Numbered from the stretch's first letter, positions 1-10,458 are shown. The stretch: 64,000 nucleotides of DNA from Candidatus Kaiserbacteria bacterium (GCA_016186765.1 JACPLD010000004.1:29287-93286), one strand, 5' to 3'. The notes: generated from the letters alone by a model not told the origin. Translations and numbers: made by a program.

Positions 1-1250
1 TTCCCGAATGTGATGACGGGTTTGCCAAAAAGCGTTGCTTCCCATCCGGCCGTTCCCGTTATTGTCGTGACGAGCGCGGCATGCGCGATAAGCTCGAAGC
101 TCGAAGTTTCAGGACGCACCAGAACGACATTTGGTATTTTCTTGAGCTCTCGATAAAAACGACGCGGCCGTAGGGCGACCATTTGCGGGTGCTCTTTGAC
201 GAGTAGCTTCATACTCACGGGGAGCGCCTGCGCGATGCGCCGAACGACCCCAATTTGATCCGTATCGAAGCGAGCGAGCCAGAGCAAGCTTAATTCGGGT
301 TCTAGATGCAACGGGAAGAATGCATAAGGAATCGAGAGATCGAACGAGTCGTACAGATCGTTCAGTCCGATGAGGTTGCGCATCTTCCGTCTGATACCAT
401 CAATCACATACGAGGAAGGATGCACGTACGAGTAGTCATCACGAAACGGAGGATTGAGGAACCATTCCTTCCACAGAACTCCTAGAAAGCGGAACACGTG
501 GAAGATATGCGAGGGACGCAAAAAATCAAAATGCTGCTTGCGTGTGAATTTTCTCCTCTTCTCATCGTGGATTTCCGAGTAGACACGTGGCCTTGCTCTG
601 AACTCATCGATGTAGGTGCGCGCCTCAGAGTAGTGCGGTATGCGCTCAAGCGGTGTTCGCTGACCTCGACGAACAACCTCCTCAACAAACGAAAGACGGT
701 CATAACTCTCAGACACTGTGATGCGATCTCGAATGCCGGTAAATGACATCACAAGCGTTCTGATCCCACGTTTTTTCGCAATATGGTAGAGGAGCGTTGT
801 ACTCATCGCACCGATCGGCGCAGAAAAAAGCACATCTGGCTTTTCCGCATCGAGAAATGCAATGATCGCCTTTGCGTACACTTGCACCATGCGAAGCATT
901 TCCTCATGCGAATAGCGAGGCGTGTCGTAGGGATACTCCCGTACGAGCTGAGAAAAACGAATGATACGATCAGTATTGATATACGGCCACAGGTTCGGTA
1001 TGCCGTACTCTTTCTCGAGGGATCTCAGGTATTCGAGGTCGAGCTGCTCGGTTTTGTAGGAGCGTTGCACGTTCTCATCCAAAAGAAGCGCCGAGTAGGC
1101 GACGCTTTTCTGCGACAAGAGGAACTCGTAGCTGGGCCGCGTTTGTACAAACGCGCATACCTCGTTGATACCGTGTTCGTCCTTGAGGCATCGCGCAAGC
1201 TCGTGCCCAACATAGGCAAAGCGCCTCTGCAATATGAAGCAGACCTTCAT
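1..1250 (-). CDS. Capsule-synthesis (KpsS-like) protein, putative nonulosonic-acid transferase; 3' end runs off window
   Basis: Not in ORF track (no stop in window). ATG at 1250 (MKVCFILQRRFAYVGHE) is in frame with FFPLHLEPE, LLVKEHPQ and VTTITGTAGWEATLFGKPVITFG near position 1; same motif set as 12608..14047. Confidence 0.75.
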   Translation of the reverse strand, partial: MKVCFILQRRFAYVGHELARCLKDEHGINEVCAFVQTRPSYEFLLSQKSVAYSALLLDENVQRSYKTEQLDLEYLRSLEKEYGIPNLWPYINTDRIIRFSQLVREYPYDTPRYSHEEMLRMVQVYAKAIIAFLDAEKPDVLFSAPIGAMSTTLLYHIAKKRGIRTLVMSFTGIRDRITVSESYDRLSFVEEVVRRGQRTPLERIPHYSEARTYIDEFRARPRVYSEIHDEKRRKFTRKQHFDFLRPSHIFHVFRFLGVLWKEWFLNPPFRDDYSYVHPSSYVIDGIRRKMRNLIGLNDLYDSFDLSIPYAFFPLHLEPELSLLWLARFDTDQIGVVRRIAQALPVSMKLLVKEHPQMVALRPRRFYRELKKIPNVVLVRPETSSFELIAHAALVTTITGTAGWEATLFGKPVITFG

Positions 1251-1298
1251 ACGATATGGGCCTTGCGGAGAGCGGCTTGGAATGAAAGTATGGTACGC

Positions 1299-2252
1299 AT
1301 GCAAAAAGAAATCGCGGTTGCGCCGTGTAGGATCTGCGGGGCAAAGCGCGGGAGAATCATTCGACAACACCTACGGTATGACATTAAACGCAATGTGATG
1401 CGATGCGTCAAATGCGGTTTTGTGTATCTCGAGCGCGCACGAATCGCGAGGCGGTACTACTCAGGGGAAAAATACCGTGCGCACCACGGGCCGAGCCTCG
1501 GAAAGAAAAATTCGCCGAGAGAGTTGTTCAAAGCATACCTCCCGTTTCAGTATCAGATCCACGAGAGTATGGGCTCTCTCCTTCGACCATCCATATCTCT
1601 CCTCGACGTCGGCTGTTCGGCAGGGCACTTTTTGCACTCGCTCAAGGGAAAAGTGCGCACTCGCGTAGGGCTTGAGCTAAGTCGCGAGGAGGTTTCGTTC
1701 ATTCGCCGGAACCTCGACTTTCCTGTGTATAACGTTCCCATCGGAGAAGCTCCAATACGGGAAGGGCTGTTCGACGTGATCACCTCTCTGCAAGTACTCG
1801 AACATGTTGAAGATCCGGTCGGCTTTCTCCAAAACATCAGGAAGCACTTGAAAAAGAGCGGGACGCTCTACCTTGAGCTGCCGAACATCGACGACGTCTT
1901 GCTCACGGTGTATCGCGTAAAAGAGTATGAGGACTTCTACTACCGCGAACCGCATCTTTCCTATTTCTCCAAAGCCACCTTGCGGCGCGCGCTCCAAAAA
2001 GCAGGCTTCGAAGGCGAGATAGAAACCGTCCAGCGGTACACGCTTATAAATCATATCCACTGGATCACGGCGCGCGCGCCGCAACAGAGCTTCGTGCTTG
2101 GCATGACCCCGACGATCGTCAAGAACCCGAAAAGCGCTAGTGCCAAGCGGTTGAACGAATTTATCACGAGAGCCGATCGAGAATACCGCGCATTAGTCGG
2201 CAAACTTGGACTCGGAGAAAGCCTCGTTTTTAGGGGTACCATGCGTACGTGA
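1299..2252 (+). CDS. Class I SAM-dependent methyltransferase with N-terminal CxxC..CxxC Zn-binding region
   Basis: CRICG...CVKCG, LLDVGCSAG, FDVITSLQVLEHVEDP, EPHLSYFS; start moved from 783 because the upstream part overlaps the opposite-strand gene, and TATGGT precedes the ATG. Confidence 0.85.
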   Translation: MQKEIAVAPCRICGAKRGRIIRQHLRYDIKRNVMRCVKCGFVYLERARIARRYYSGEKYRAHHGPSLGKKNSPRELFKAYLPFQYQIHESMGSLLRPSISLLDVGCSAGHFLHSLKGKVRTRVGLELSREEVSFIRRNLDFPVYNVPIGEAPIREGLFDVITSLQVLEHVEDPVGFLQNIRKHLKKSGTLYLELPNIDDVLLTVYRVKEYEDFYYREPHLSYFSKATLRRALQKAGFEGEIETVQRYTLINHIHWITARAPQQSFVLGMTPTIVKNPKSASAKRLNEFITRADREYRALVGKLGLGESLVFRGTMRT

Positions 2253-2317
2253 CAGACTTTCGGGCGCTCCCTCGGGAGCGCCTGATTTCTTTCCCGTTTT
2301 ATAGTATTGTGAGCAAC

Positions 2318-3115
2318 ATGAACGCAGCTGAATCGCCTATCTCTGTGCATGGTAAATGTGTTGTTCTCACAGGCGCGGCTGGCTTTCTGGGTACGCACAT
2401 GGCGCGCGCACTAATAGAGCAGAGTGCCACGCTTATTCTGCTCGACAGGCTCACAAAAAAAGAAGCGCTCACGCATTTCAAAAAAAATGGAATCGCGATC
2501 GAAGAAACTGACTACCATGAGTGCGATATTGCGGATCCCGATGCGCTCAAGCAGGCCGCCGCAGCTATAGAAAAAAATCATGGAGGCATCAATGTTCTCA
2601 TTAACAATGCCGCATTCAATCCGAAGATCGAAAACACAAAAGAAAGTGGCACATTTGAGACATATCCGCTGGAAAAGTGGGAGGAAGAGTTGCGCGTGAA
2701 TCTCACCGGAACGATGCTCACGTGCAAGGCAATGCGGCCACTCATGGAGCGCGGTGCTTCAATCATCAATATCGCATCCATCTACGGGGTCGTTGCGCCC
2801 GATCAGAGAATTTATCCCGAGGGGTTTGAGAAGCCTGCAGTGTACGGCGCAAGCAAAGCGGGCGTGATAAGCCTCACGCGCCATTTGGCCTCTCTTTGGG
2901 GCAAAGAGGGAGTGCGCGTGAACGCCGTCGTCTATGGAGGCTTTGAGAACAATCAGGACAGAGACTTTATACAGCGCTACAGCGATCGCATTCCGCTACA
3001 GCGAATGGGCAAACCCGAGGAAGCAACCGGCATCATCCTCTTTCTCGCCTCTGGTGCGTCTTCCTACGCGACAGGTGCGACATTTACGATTGACGGTGGC
3101 TTGACCGCGTGGTAA
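2318..3115 (+). CDS. Short-chain dehydrogenase/reductase (PtmA-like, nonulosonate-cluster type)
   Basis: TGAAGFLG, INNAA, ASIYG, YGASK, TIDGGLTAW. Confidence 0.9.
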   Translation: MNAAESPISVHGKCVVLTGAAGFLGTHMARALIEQSATLILLDRLTKKEALTHFKKNGIAIEETDYHECDIADPDALKQAAAAIEKNHGGINVLINNAAFNPKIENTKESGTFETYPLEKWEEELRVNLTGTMLTCKAMRPLMERGASIINIASIYGVVAPDQRIYPEGFEKPAVYGASKAGVISLTRHLASLWGKEGVRVNAVVYGGFENNQDRDFIQRYSDRIPLQRMGKPEEATGIILFLASGASSYATGATFTIDGGLTAW

Positions 3116-3125
3116 AAGCGCACTC

Positions 3126-5027
3126 ATGCAAACCATGCGTTTCAATGGCAAAACTGTCGGCGGAAGTCGCACGTACATCATCGCCGAAGTAGGTCTCGCG
3201 CATCAGGGAGACATGCGGCTCGCGAAGCGTCTCATCGGCGCGGCTAAAGAGAGCGGCGCTGACTGCGTAAAGTTCCAGAAGCGCTCGCTTTCCGATGTAT
3301 ATAAGAAGGACGTACTTGCGAAACCGGAGGCACAAGAGCATGCGCAGCAATATTTGCTCGAGCACATCATTCACGACGAGCTTTCTGAAAAGCAAATGCG
3401 CGAACTCTCCGCATACGCCAAAAAACGAGGCATCGACTTCGCAGCGACCCCATGGGATCAGAAGAGTATGCGTTTTTTGAATACGCTCGATATGCCCTTT
3501 TTCAAGATCGGCTCGCCCGATATGTTTAATCTGCCGCTCCTCAAAAAAGTCGCCCACCTTAAAAAGCCGGTGCTCGTCTCGACTGGCATGTCCTTTATCT
3601 CCGAGATCGAGCAGGTGGCGAAATTCTTGGAGAAAGAAGGCGCGAATTACATGTTCCTGCACTGCGTGAGCGCGTATCCTGCTCCCTACTACGATATCAA
3701 TCTCGCCTTTCTCACTCGACTCAAGGAGATCTCCGGCGGCCGACCAGTAGGCTATTCGGGGCATGACAGCGGCATTGCGATACCAATTGCGGCTGTCGCG
3801 CTCGGAGCATCGGTCATTGAAAAACACATCACGCTGGATCGCACCCTTCCGGGACCTGATCATAAGGCAAGCCTTGAGCCGGATGAATTCAAGCAACTCG
3901 TGGACGGCATACGCGCCGTCGAGCAAGGAATGGGCGAGCCCGTGCGATACCCTTCCCGCGGTGAGTTCCTAAACCGTGAGAATCTATCGAAATCACTTGT
4001 CGCTCGAAGAAATCTGAGGAAAGGCAGGATCCTAAGCGTAGACGACATCGCCGTAAAAAGTCCGGGCAAGGGCACAACGCCCATAAAGATCGATTACTTC
4101 ATCGGAAGTACGCTGAAAGTCCGAAACATCAAAAAAGACGACTACCTTCTGGAATCCGATGTAGGCCTGATGCGCCCTCCCTCTGATATTGGTGGACTTT
4201 CGTTCAACCGAAAATGGGGGGTCGTCGGCCGCATAACCGACATTGATACGCTCCTGCCGTGTGGATCGGATTTCGTCGAGATTCACCTGAGCGATTCCGA
4301 TGTCAATGACGATCGGGTAGGAACCAAAAACTACGACGTCGACCTCGTCATTCATGGACCTGAGTACAATGGCGAGCTGCTCCTGGATCTTTCCAGCCGC
4401 GACAAAAAAATCCGCAAGCAGACGATCGATTTTTTCAACAAGACGCTCGAGCACGGCCGCCGACTGAAGAAACACTTCAAAAACCGCGACGAGAACGTCA
4501 AAGTTGTCATACATCCGGGAGGCATGAATATGGAGCGCCCACTACAGGATTGCATCAAAGAGCTCAACGCAAACTTGCTCGACTCGCTCTCAAAGCTTCA
4601 CGCAGAGGGCTTTGAGCTCCTTGTCGAGAACATGCCCGGCTCCCCATGGTACTTCGGCGGCACATGGCATCATGCCAACTTTATGGACGCAAAAGAAATA
4701 GCCAATTTTTCAAAAAAAACAGGGTACGGCATCGTGTTCGACACCTCACATGCCGCGCTCTACTGCAATCGCTATGGTGTGAATTTTGAGGAGTATGTAA
4801 AAACGATCCTGCCTGTTGCAAAGTACCTTCACCTATCGGACGCCGCAAATTGGGGCGGAGAAGGATTGCGCATCGGCGATGGGACGATCGATTTCAAAAT
4901 GCTTTTACGGCATATCGTGAAAACAAAGCTGTGGATCGTGCCGGAGATATGGCAGGGACACAAATTCGGCGGCGAAGGATTCCTGATCGCAATGAGAGCG
5001 CTTAAGACAATCGATCCCCGGCTTTAA
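3126..5027 (+). CDS. N-acetylneuraminate synthase family (NeuB) + SAF domain fused to a C-terminal xylose-isomerase-like TIM barrel
   Basis: IIAEVGLAHQG, VKFQKR, HCVSAYPA, GYSGH, IEKHITLDR, DHKASLEP; C-terminal VENMP, FDTSH, HLSD, PEIWQGH. Confidence 0.9.
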   Translation: MQTMRFNGKTVGGSRTYIIAEVGLAHQGDMRLAKRLIGAAKESGADCVKFQKRSLSDVYKKDVLAKPEAQEHAQQYLLEHIIHDELSEKQMRELSAYAKKRGIDFAATPWDQKSMRFLNTLDMPFFKIGSPDMFNLPLLKKVAHLKKPVLVSTGMSFISEIEQVAKFLEKEGANYMFLHCVSAYPAPYYDINLAFLTRLKEISGGRPVGYSGHDSGIAIPIAAVALGASVIEKHITLDRTLPGPDHKASLEPDEFKQLVDGIRAVEQGMGEPVRYPSRGEFLNRENLSKSLVARRNLRKGRILSVDDIAVKSPGKGTTPIKIDYFIGSTLKVRNIKKDDYLLESDVGLMRPPSDIGGLSFNRKWGVVGRITDIDTLLPCGSDFVEIHLSDSDVNDDRVGTKNYDVDLVIHGPEYNGELLLDLSSRDKKIRKQTIDFFNKTLEHGRRLKKHFKNRDENVKVVIHPGGMNMERPLQDCIKELNANLLDSLSKLHAEGFELLVENMPGSPWYFGGTWHHANFMDAKEIANFSKKTGYGIVFDTSHAALYCNRYGVNFEEYVKTILPVAKYLHLSDAANWGGEGLRIGDGTIDFKMLLRHIVKTKLWIVPEIWQGHKFGGEGFLIAMRALKTIDPRL

Positions 5028-5035
5028 AAGATGCG

Positions 5036-6088
5036 TTACTGTACCAAACGCCACGAGAGCGGCGTGCCCCGGGCAATATCCCTTGTGGCATACTTCCCGA
5101 GAACAGCGTCATAGAATCTCGGCGCGAGTCCGTATCCGGGTCGAATAGAGCGGAGGTTTGCTTTTGTGAATCGCTCGCCTTTTTTTATATTCTGAACAAC
5201 GAACAGCGATTTTCGGAATACGATATTTTCTTTCTCGTCGGAGGAGCGAGTATACGTCGGCTTGCCGAGCGCAGCTTCCGCAGTGCGGATCGACCTGACG
5301 AGCGCCTTAAATTCGCGCGGCTCAAGTGAGAAAGCAGCGTCAGGCCCGCCCTCGGATCGCTTCAATGTCACGTGCTTCTCGATGACGATGGCACCGAGCG
5401 CGACCGACGTAATCGCGACATCGTTTCCAAGCGTGTGATCGGAGAGCCCGACCTGAACGCGAAAACGCCGCTTCAGATCGGGAATGGTTTTCAGATTCAT
5501 GTCTTTGGGTTTCGCCGGGTAGGCGCTCACGCAATGTAAGAGCACGATCTCCTTCGTGCCACTTTTTTTCAATGTGCGAATGGCACGTGCAATTTCCTCA
5601 CGGCTCGCCATGCCGCGCGAGAGAATGACAGGTTTCTTGGTCTTTCCGATGCGCTTTAGAAGTGGGATATCGACGATCTCAAACGAGGCAACTTTGTAGA
5701 TTGGTGCTCCCAGCTTCTCGAGAAAATCAACCGCTGTCTCGTCAAACGGCGTCGAAAAACACGCGAGCCCGCGCTTTTTTGCGTGTGCAAATAATCTCTT
5801 GTGCCACGACCATGGCGTGTAGACCTCTTTGTAGAGCTCGTAGAGCGTTTTGCCTTTCCACGCTCGATTTGTCTTCACGATAAAGAGTGGATCGTGGGAG
5901 TTGATTGTCATGGTATCCGGCGTATATGTCTGGAGTTTAATTGCATCTGCTCCCGCATCAGCCGCCGCGTCGATTATTTTGAGCGCCCGCTTGATATCGC
6001 CCTTGTGATTGCCCGAAAGCTCTGCAACGATAAAAACCGGTTCCCCTTTCCCGATCCAACGTTTCCCGATGCGAATACTCGTTCTCAT
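5036..6088 (-). CDS. pseI: Pseudaminic acid synthase
   Basis: AELSGNH, IKLQTYTPDT, KVASFEI, GLSDHT, IEKHVTL, GPDAAFSLEP, SIRPGYGL; clustered with pseB/pseC. Confidence 0.85.
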   Translation of the reverse strand: MRTSIRIGKRWIGKGEPVFIVAELSGNHKGDIKRALKIIDAAADAGADAIKLQTYTPDTMTINSHDPLFIVKTNRAWKGKTLYELYKEVYTPWSWHKRLFAHAKKRGLACFSTPFDETAVDFLEKLGAPIYKVASFEIVDIPLLKRIGKTKKPVILSRGMASREEIARAIRTLKKSGTKEIVLLHCVSAYPAKPKDMNLKTIPDLKRRFRVQVGLSDHTLGNDVAITSVALGAIVIEKHVTLKRSEGGPDAAFSLEPREFKALVRSIRTAEAALGKPTYTRSSDEKENIVFRKSLFVVQNIKKGERFTKANLRSIRPGYGLAPRFYDAVLGKYATRDIARGTPLSWRLVQ

Positions 6089-6090
6089 GC

Positions 6091-6741
6091 TTACGTTTTT
6101 TTGTATATTTTCAGGATGTAGGTATGCCCTCCATGCTTGAAGAATGCGGGATGCTTCTCGTTGTTGACCACGCGCAGAAGGTTGAACTGTTCGGCAAGTG
6201 ATCTTCTAGGATCGAGCTCGCTGTCTTCTGGCGTGCGACGTCTATAGTGTGACGAGCTCCCTTTCTGCCGCGTTGCTTTCTTTGGCGGGAAATTCTCAAT
6301 GAAGCGCAAGGCAAGCGTGACGATGAGCGCGCCCTGCTTCTCGTGCATTTCATCGAGAAGCTCCTGCCCTTCGAGCTTCAGGTCGCCTCTGTCGTACACG
6401 ACGCCGCTGTCCACCGAATCCGCCGCCTCGAACACCGTGTGAGGTATTCTGTTTTTCCCCTCGAGTACTTGCCACGTGAGCGGGGACATCCCCTTCCCCT
6501 TCGGAAGCGCGCTCCCGTGGATAACGACATTGTGGGTATTGCGAGAGCGAATGCGCGCGGGAATGATCTTCTCGCAGCTAAGGTAAAAAGCGCAGTCGCC
6601 TTTTTTGACACCGTTCATGTTGTGCGCAAAGAAAGCTCGATGTCCTCGTTTTTTCAGGCGTTGGACAAGTTCCCGTCCATGCGGCACGAACCAGCTTTTC
6701 GGATTATCAACAAGCACAGTGATAGTGAGCTTCTTTTTCAT
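6091..6741 (-). CDS. Formyltransferase-family protein (sugar N-formyltransferase-like)
   Basis: NVVIHGSALPKGKGMSP (HxSxLPxxxG), VDSG, RRRTPEDSE; ATGA overlap with the upstream GT2. Confidence 0.75.
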   Translation of the reverse strand: MKKKLTITVLVDNPKSWFVPHGRELVQRLKKRGHRAFFAHNMNGVKKGDCAFYLSCEKIIPARIRSRNTHNVVIHGSALPKGKGMSPLTWQVLEGKNRIPHTVFEAADSVDSGVVYDRGDLKLEGQELLDEMHEKQGALIVTLALRFIENFPPKKATRQKGSSSHYRRRTPEDSELDPRRSLAEQFNLLRVVNNEKHPAFFKHGGHTYILKIYKKT

Positions 6742-7430
6742 AGTGTGTATGGGCGTATGCGAGCGATCTCCCCCGCGCGCTTCGGATACATCGCGTGAAG
6801 TGTGTCGAGGGCATTCTTCACCCGCTTTGCATCCCCCGTCAAGCTCTCCTGCCTGCGGTGATAGACGAAGAGCGGCTCGGGAAGGTGAACCCCTTTCCAT
6901 CGCCCCCATGTCTGAAGCAGAACTTCATACTCAGGAAATATGGTCTTGCCTCGAAAGCCCCCTTCCCTAAGCAGACGTTCGCGGCGCCATAGGAAGCCGC
7001 CAATCGGCGCTTTGAAGGGGTCGCTCGGGCGCACGAGGACACGCATTCCGCCTTGCTCCTCGAAGTAGTCTGCGTACGCGTAATCGAGCGCCCTGTCGGA
7101 GAGAACCCTGCGCGCGCAGGAGAGCGCGTGTGGCAAGAGCTCATCGTCTGCGTCGAGAAAGATAATGCACTGTCCCCGGGCCACGTTAAGTCCCGTGTTG
7201 CCCGCTGCGATGATGCCGCTATTTTCTTTCTGCCGCACGAGTCGTACGCGTGCGTCGGATAATCGCTCCACGATAGATGTTGTATTGTCTGTCGAACCGT
7301 CGTCGACAATAATAACTTCGTATGGTCCGCTGAAATCCTGCGCAAGCGCGCTTTTTAGTGCGCGAGTAATTGTCGCCTCGGCATTGTAGGCCCGAATAAT
7401 GATCGACGCTTTTACGCGACGTTGGTCCAT
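6738..7430 (-). CDS. Glycosyltransferase family 2
   Basis: SIIIRAYN, VDDGSTD, FLDADD. Confidence 0.9.
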   Translation of the reverse strand: MDQRRVKASIIIRAYNAEATITRALKSALAQDFSGPYEVIIVDDGSTDNTTSIVERLSDARVRLVRQKENSGIIAAGNTGLNVARGQCIIFLDADDELLPHALSCARRVLSDRALDYAYADYFEEQGGMRVLVRPSDPFKAPIGGFLWRRERLLREGGFRGKTIFPEYEVLLQTWGRWKGVHLPEPLFVYHRRQESLTGDAKRVKNALDTLHAMYPKRAGEIARIRPYTL

Positions 7431-8311
7431 AGGCGTGGATCTCTCACCTCATCCGGCACATCCTTAAACAGCTCACGCATTTCAGCAACCACGTCATAAC
7501 TCAATACGCCGGCTGATGAGAGTTCACGCACCTGTGCGGCGGATACCGCGCCAACGATGATGTGGGGGATCTGCTCCTCGGCAAGGACGAAGCCAAGTGC
7601 TGCCTCTACGCGGGATAATCCGTGGCGCGATGCGACTGCGATGAATCGTTCGAGGTATGGTCGGGCACTCGAAAGAGAAGGAGGAAGTTGTGTGAGCTCC
7701 ATGAGGAGGAGTCCTTGGAGAAAAGGGCTCCGTGCGAATACGGTCACCTTGCGCGCGAGGGCCTTCTCGAGGAATTCGTTTCTGCCGAATCGCTGGTCGA
7801 AGACGTTGTAGGGGACCTGAATATAATCGACGCCTGTGCTAAGCGCGTCGTACGCCTCGCCCTCGTCATACACGGAAGCGCCGACATTCCGCACAAGCCC
7901 TCGTTCTTTTGCCGATTGGAGCCCCTCCAGGACTGCAGGTACGTATATATCACGTGCGGCGTGGAGTAAATATCCATCCAGCACATCGAGGTGGAGCCTC
8001 TCAAGTGATGCTTCGATTTGCGCGACGACAAATCCCGAACCGTGGTCGGCCTCATACGGTTTCATTTTTGTAATAACGGATACGACGTGGTGGGACCGCT
8101 GCATCCACTGTCCCAAGATTTCCTCCGCCTCCCCATATGCCGACGCTGTGTCGAATGTAGTGATGCCACATGCGAAGGCGGCGTCGAATATCTCAAACGC
8201 TTTCTCTTTCGAAGGTTGCCCCTCCGTATTGCTGACCCCATAGGGCATCCCGATCCCCGCAGTGCCGAGAATGAGACGCGATTTTGCAGTATGACTTCTA
8301 ACGGGGTCCAT
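7412..8311 (-). CDS. Aldo/keto reductase
   Basis: LGTAGIGMPYG, FDTASAYGEAE, ITK, YLLH, GASVY, QVPYNVFD, RSPFLQGLL. Confidence 0.9.
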   Translation of the reverse strand: MDPVRSHTAKSRLILGTAGIGMPYGVSNTEGQPSKEKAFEIFDAAFACGITTFDTASAYGEAEEILGQWMQRSHHVVSVITKMKPYEADHGSGFVVAQIEASLERLHLDVLDGYLLHAARDIYVPAVLEGLQSAKERGLVRNVGASVYDEGEAYDALSTGVDYIQVPYNVFDQRFGRNEFLEKALARKVTVFARSPFLQGLLLMELTQLPPSLSSARPYLERFIAVASRHGLSRVEAALGFVLAEEQIPHIIVGAVSAAQVRELSSAGVLSYDVVAEMRELFKDVPDEVRDPRLWTNVA

Positions 8312-9068
8312 GGTTTTTGAGCCACTCCTCATCCTCGCGCTTCGATTCCTCGATACCTTCCCACCCAGTCCCTCCTCTATTGATCTCCAGCAGTTCGGGA
8401 CATCTTTCGAGCAACTCAAGACAATCGCGCACAGTGAAGCGATTGTGGCCGAAGTGTTCATACACTGCCGTGACAAACGCAAAATCTCGCTCTGTATCCA
8501 CAGACCAGTGATAGGCCGAGTGATCAAAATCGCCGAGTGTCCACTTCTCGTCGAGTTTGAAACGCTCAGGGTGATTGCGCAAATATAGAGTCACATGTTC
8601 GCGCTCCGAGGGTAAGCGCGCTTCGCGCGCGGCAACTTCGAGTGCGGAGAAGGTAAAGACTTCGGTATCCAATCCCTCGGGGTAATTCACAGGAGTCCAC
8701 GTGTCATCAACACCTCGTGTCTCGAAGCGCTCGATAACGAGGTCGATCACTGCAGGATCATGGAGTGGACAATCGCCCGTCACGCGCACAATCACGTCCG
8801 CCCTCGCCTCCTTTGCCGCTTTGTAGTAGCGGTCCAATACATCGCTCTCACTTCCTCGAAAAACGGTAACACCAGCACGTTCAGCTAATTTGACTACGGG
8901 ATCATCCTCCGGCTTATTCGTTGTTGCAACGACGAACATATCGACCTTCTTCGAGCGTTTCAATCGCTCCAGCTGCAATAGGAGCATCGGCTTCCCGAGA
9001 ATGGGCTTCAAGACCTTTCCGGGCAAGCGTGTCGAGCCGACGCGTGCCTGCAGAATCGCGGCTATCAT
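8298..9068 (-). CDS. SpsF-like acylneuraminate cytidylyltransferase
   Basis: QARVGSTRLPGKVL, RGSESDVLDRY, RVTGDCP, REHVT, WSVDT. Confidence 0.88.
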   Translation of the reverse strand: MIAAILQARVGSTRLPGKVLKPILGKPMLLLQLERLKRSKKVDMFVVATTNKPEDDPVVKLAERAGVTVFRGSESDVLDRYYKAAKEARADVIVRVTGDCPLHDPAVIDLVIERFETRGVDDTWTPVNYPEGLDTEVFTFSALEVAAREARLPSEREHVTLYLRNHPERFKLDEKWTLGDFDHSAYHWSVDTERDFAFVTAVYEHFGHNRFTVRDCLELLERCPELLEINRGGTGWEGIEESKREDEEWLKNHGPR

Positions 9069-9120
9069 CGCATCACTATACTTCTTCCTGTCGTCGCAGG
9101 AAAACATCCGAAGCCTCGGC

Positions 9121-10458
9121 CTAATTCAGGCGCTGGAAGCCCGCGTGCGCAACCGGACCCTTGAGGAATTTCTTGACGCCTCCCGCGCGACGCGCGCGCG
9201 CAATGATGCCGAACACTTCGTCGACCGCGCGCGCGTACTTTTTGACGTGCGCATCCGTGTGCGCAAGCGACGCGTAGAAAATGTTCGAAGCAAGATATCC
9301 GCGCTTGAGCATTTCTTGCACGAAGAGCGTTTTTGCCGCCTGAGAGTCTTCTCCCATGAGCGTGAACGTGAGAATCGCGAGATTCGCGGAAATCTGTATG
9401 GGAAGTCCGTGCTTCTTTGCCGCACCTCGCCATGCTCCCGCGACACCCGCGGCAATCTTTTTGAAATGCCTCGGCAAGTTGACCTTTTTCATTTTCCTGA
9501 TGGTGGCGAGCGCTGCGACGGGACCGATCGCCTCCGTCCAATAGCTGCTTGAGATGAATGTTTCCTGCGCGGCCTGCATGATCGTACGCTTTCCGATAAT
9601 GGCTCCCATCGGATAGCCGTTGGATGTCGCCTTTCCGAAAATCGCCATATCGGGCTTCACGCCGTATAAGAGGTGCGCTCCGCCGAGCGTTAGTTTCCAT
9701 CCGACTGTTATCTCGTCGAAAACCAGCACGGCGCCTAGCGAATCGGCAATTGCCCGCACCTTTTGAAGAAAGTTGCCCTTCGGTTCGTCCGAGTGTATTG
9801 GCTCCATAATGATGGCCGCGATCTTCCCCTTGTTCTCGCGGACGATTTTCTCAAGCTCTCCTATCTTGTTGTAGTGGAAAGGCAGTATCGTGCCGCGCAA
9901 CCCTCGTGGAACACCTTTCGGCTCAAGGCCCGCAAGCAGGTGGTCGTTGAGTCCTTGGGGATCCTTCAGGTTGGTCGCCAAGTACCAATCGGCCCAGCCG
10001 TGGTAGCCGCAAAAAGCGATGACATCCTTTCCCGTATACGCCCGCGCGATGCGCGCCGCGATCGCCATCGATTCCCCGCCGGTACGCGCATAACGAACCA
10101 TCTCCGCCCACGGATGAAGTTTCACCAAGAGCTCCGCGAGTTCGACTTCTTCTGGAACATTCAGTGTTGTGTTCGATCCCCGTTTTACCGCTGCGATAAC
10201 AGCGCGATTTACATCCGGATCGGCGTAGCCGAGCGCACAGGCTCCCACCGCCATGATGGAAAAATCGAGATACTTTCTGCCGTCGAGATCCCAGATGTAT
10301 ACGCCTTTCGCTTTCGAATAGTACGCTGGCCAATACTCCGGCAGGAACAGCTCTGCGCGCTTCGAGAGAAGCTGATTGCCGCCGGGGATCAGCGTTTTTG
10401 CTTTTTTCCAAAGGCGTTGGCCAGTGCCGAGTGGATTCCTTCGAGACGTTTTTCTCAT
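9121..10458 (-). CDS. Class III PLP aminotransferase (GSA-aminomutase-like, glycan-cluster type)
   Basis: PGGNQLLSKR, WDLDG, TGGE, YHGW, FDEITVGW, FGKATSNGYP. Confidence 0.88.
   Translation of the reverse strand: MRKTSRRNPLGTGQRLWKKAKTLIPGGNQLLSKRAELFLPEYWPAYYSKAKGVYIWDLDGRKYLDFSIMAVGACALGYADPDVNRAVIAAVKRGSNTTLNVPEEVELAELLVKLHPWAEMVRYARTGGESMAIAARIARAYTGKDVIAFCGYHGWADWYLATNLKDPQGLNDHLLAGLEPKGVPRGLRGTILPFHYNKIGELEKIVRENKGKIAAIIMEPIHSDEPKGNFLQKVRAIADSLGAVLVFDEITVGWKLTLGGAHLLYGVKPDMAIFGKATSNGYPMGAIIGKRTIMQAAQETFISSSYWTEAIGPVAALATIRKMKKVNLPRHFKKIAAGVAGAWRGAAKKHGLPIQISANLAILTFTLMGEDSQAAKTLFVQEMLKRGYLASNIFYASLAHTDAHVKKYARAVDEVFGIIARARRAGGVKKFLKGPVAHAGFQRLN

Noticed and set aside
783-1298. N-terminal 170 aa of the 489-aa ORF
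   Set aside because: Antisense shadow of the minus-strand gene starting at 1250; methyltransferase motifs begin only after 1299
3084-3926. 280-aa minus-strand ORF and similar long antisense ORFs (21022-21825, 38042-39037, 58262-59044)
   Set aside because: They lie opposite well-supported genes and show no motifs; expected at this GC content
9121-10458. hemL (tetrapyrrole synthesis)
   Set aside because: Sits within a nonulosonate cluster with no hem genes; glycan-type class III aminotransferase is more likely
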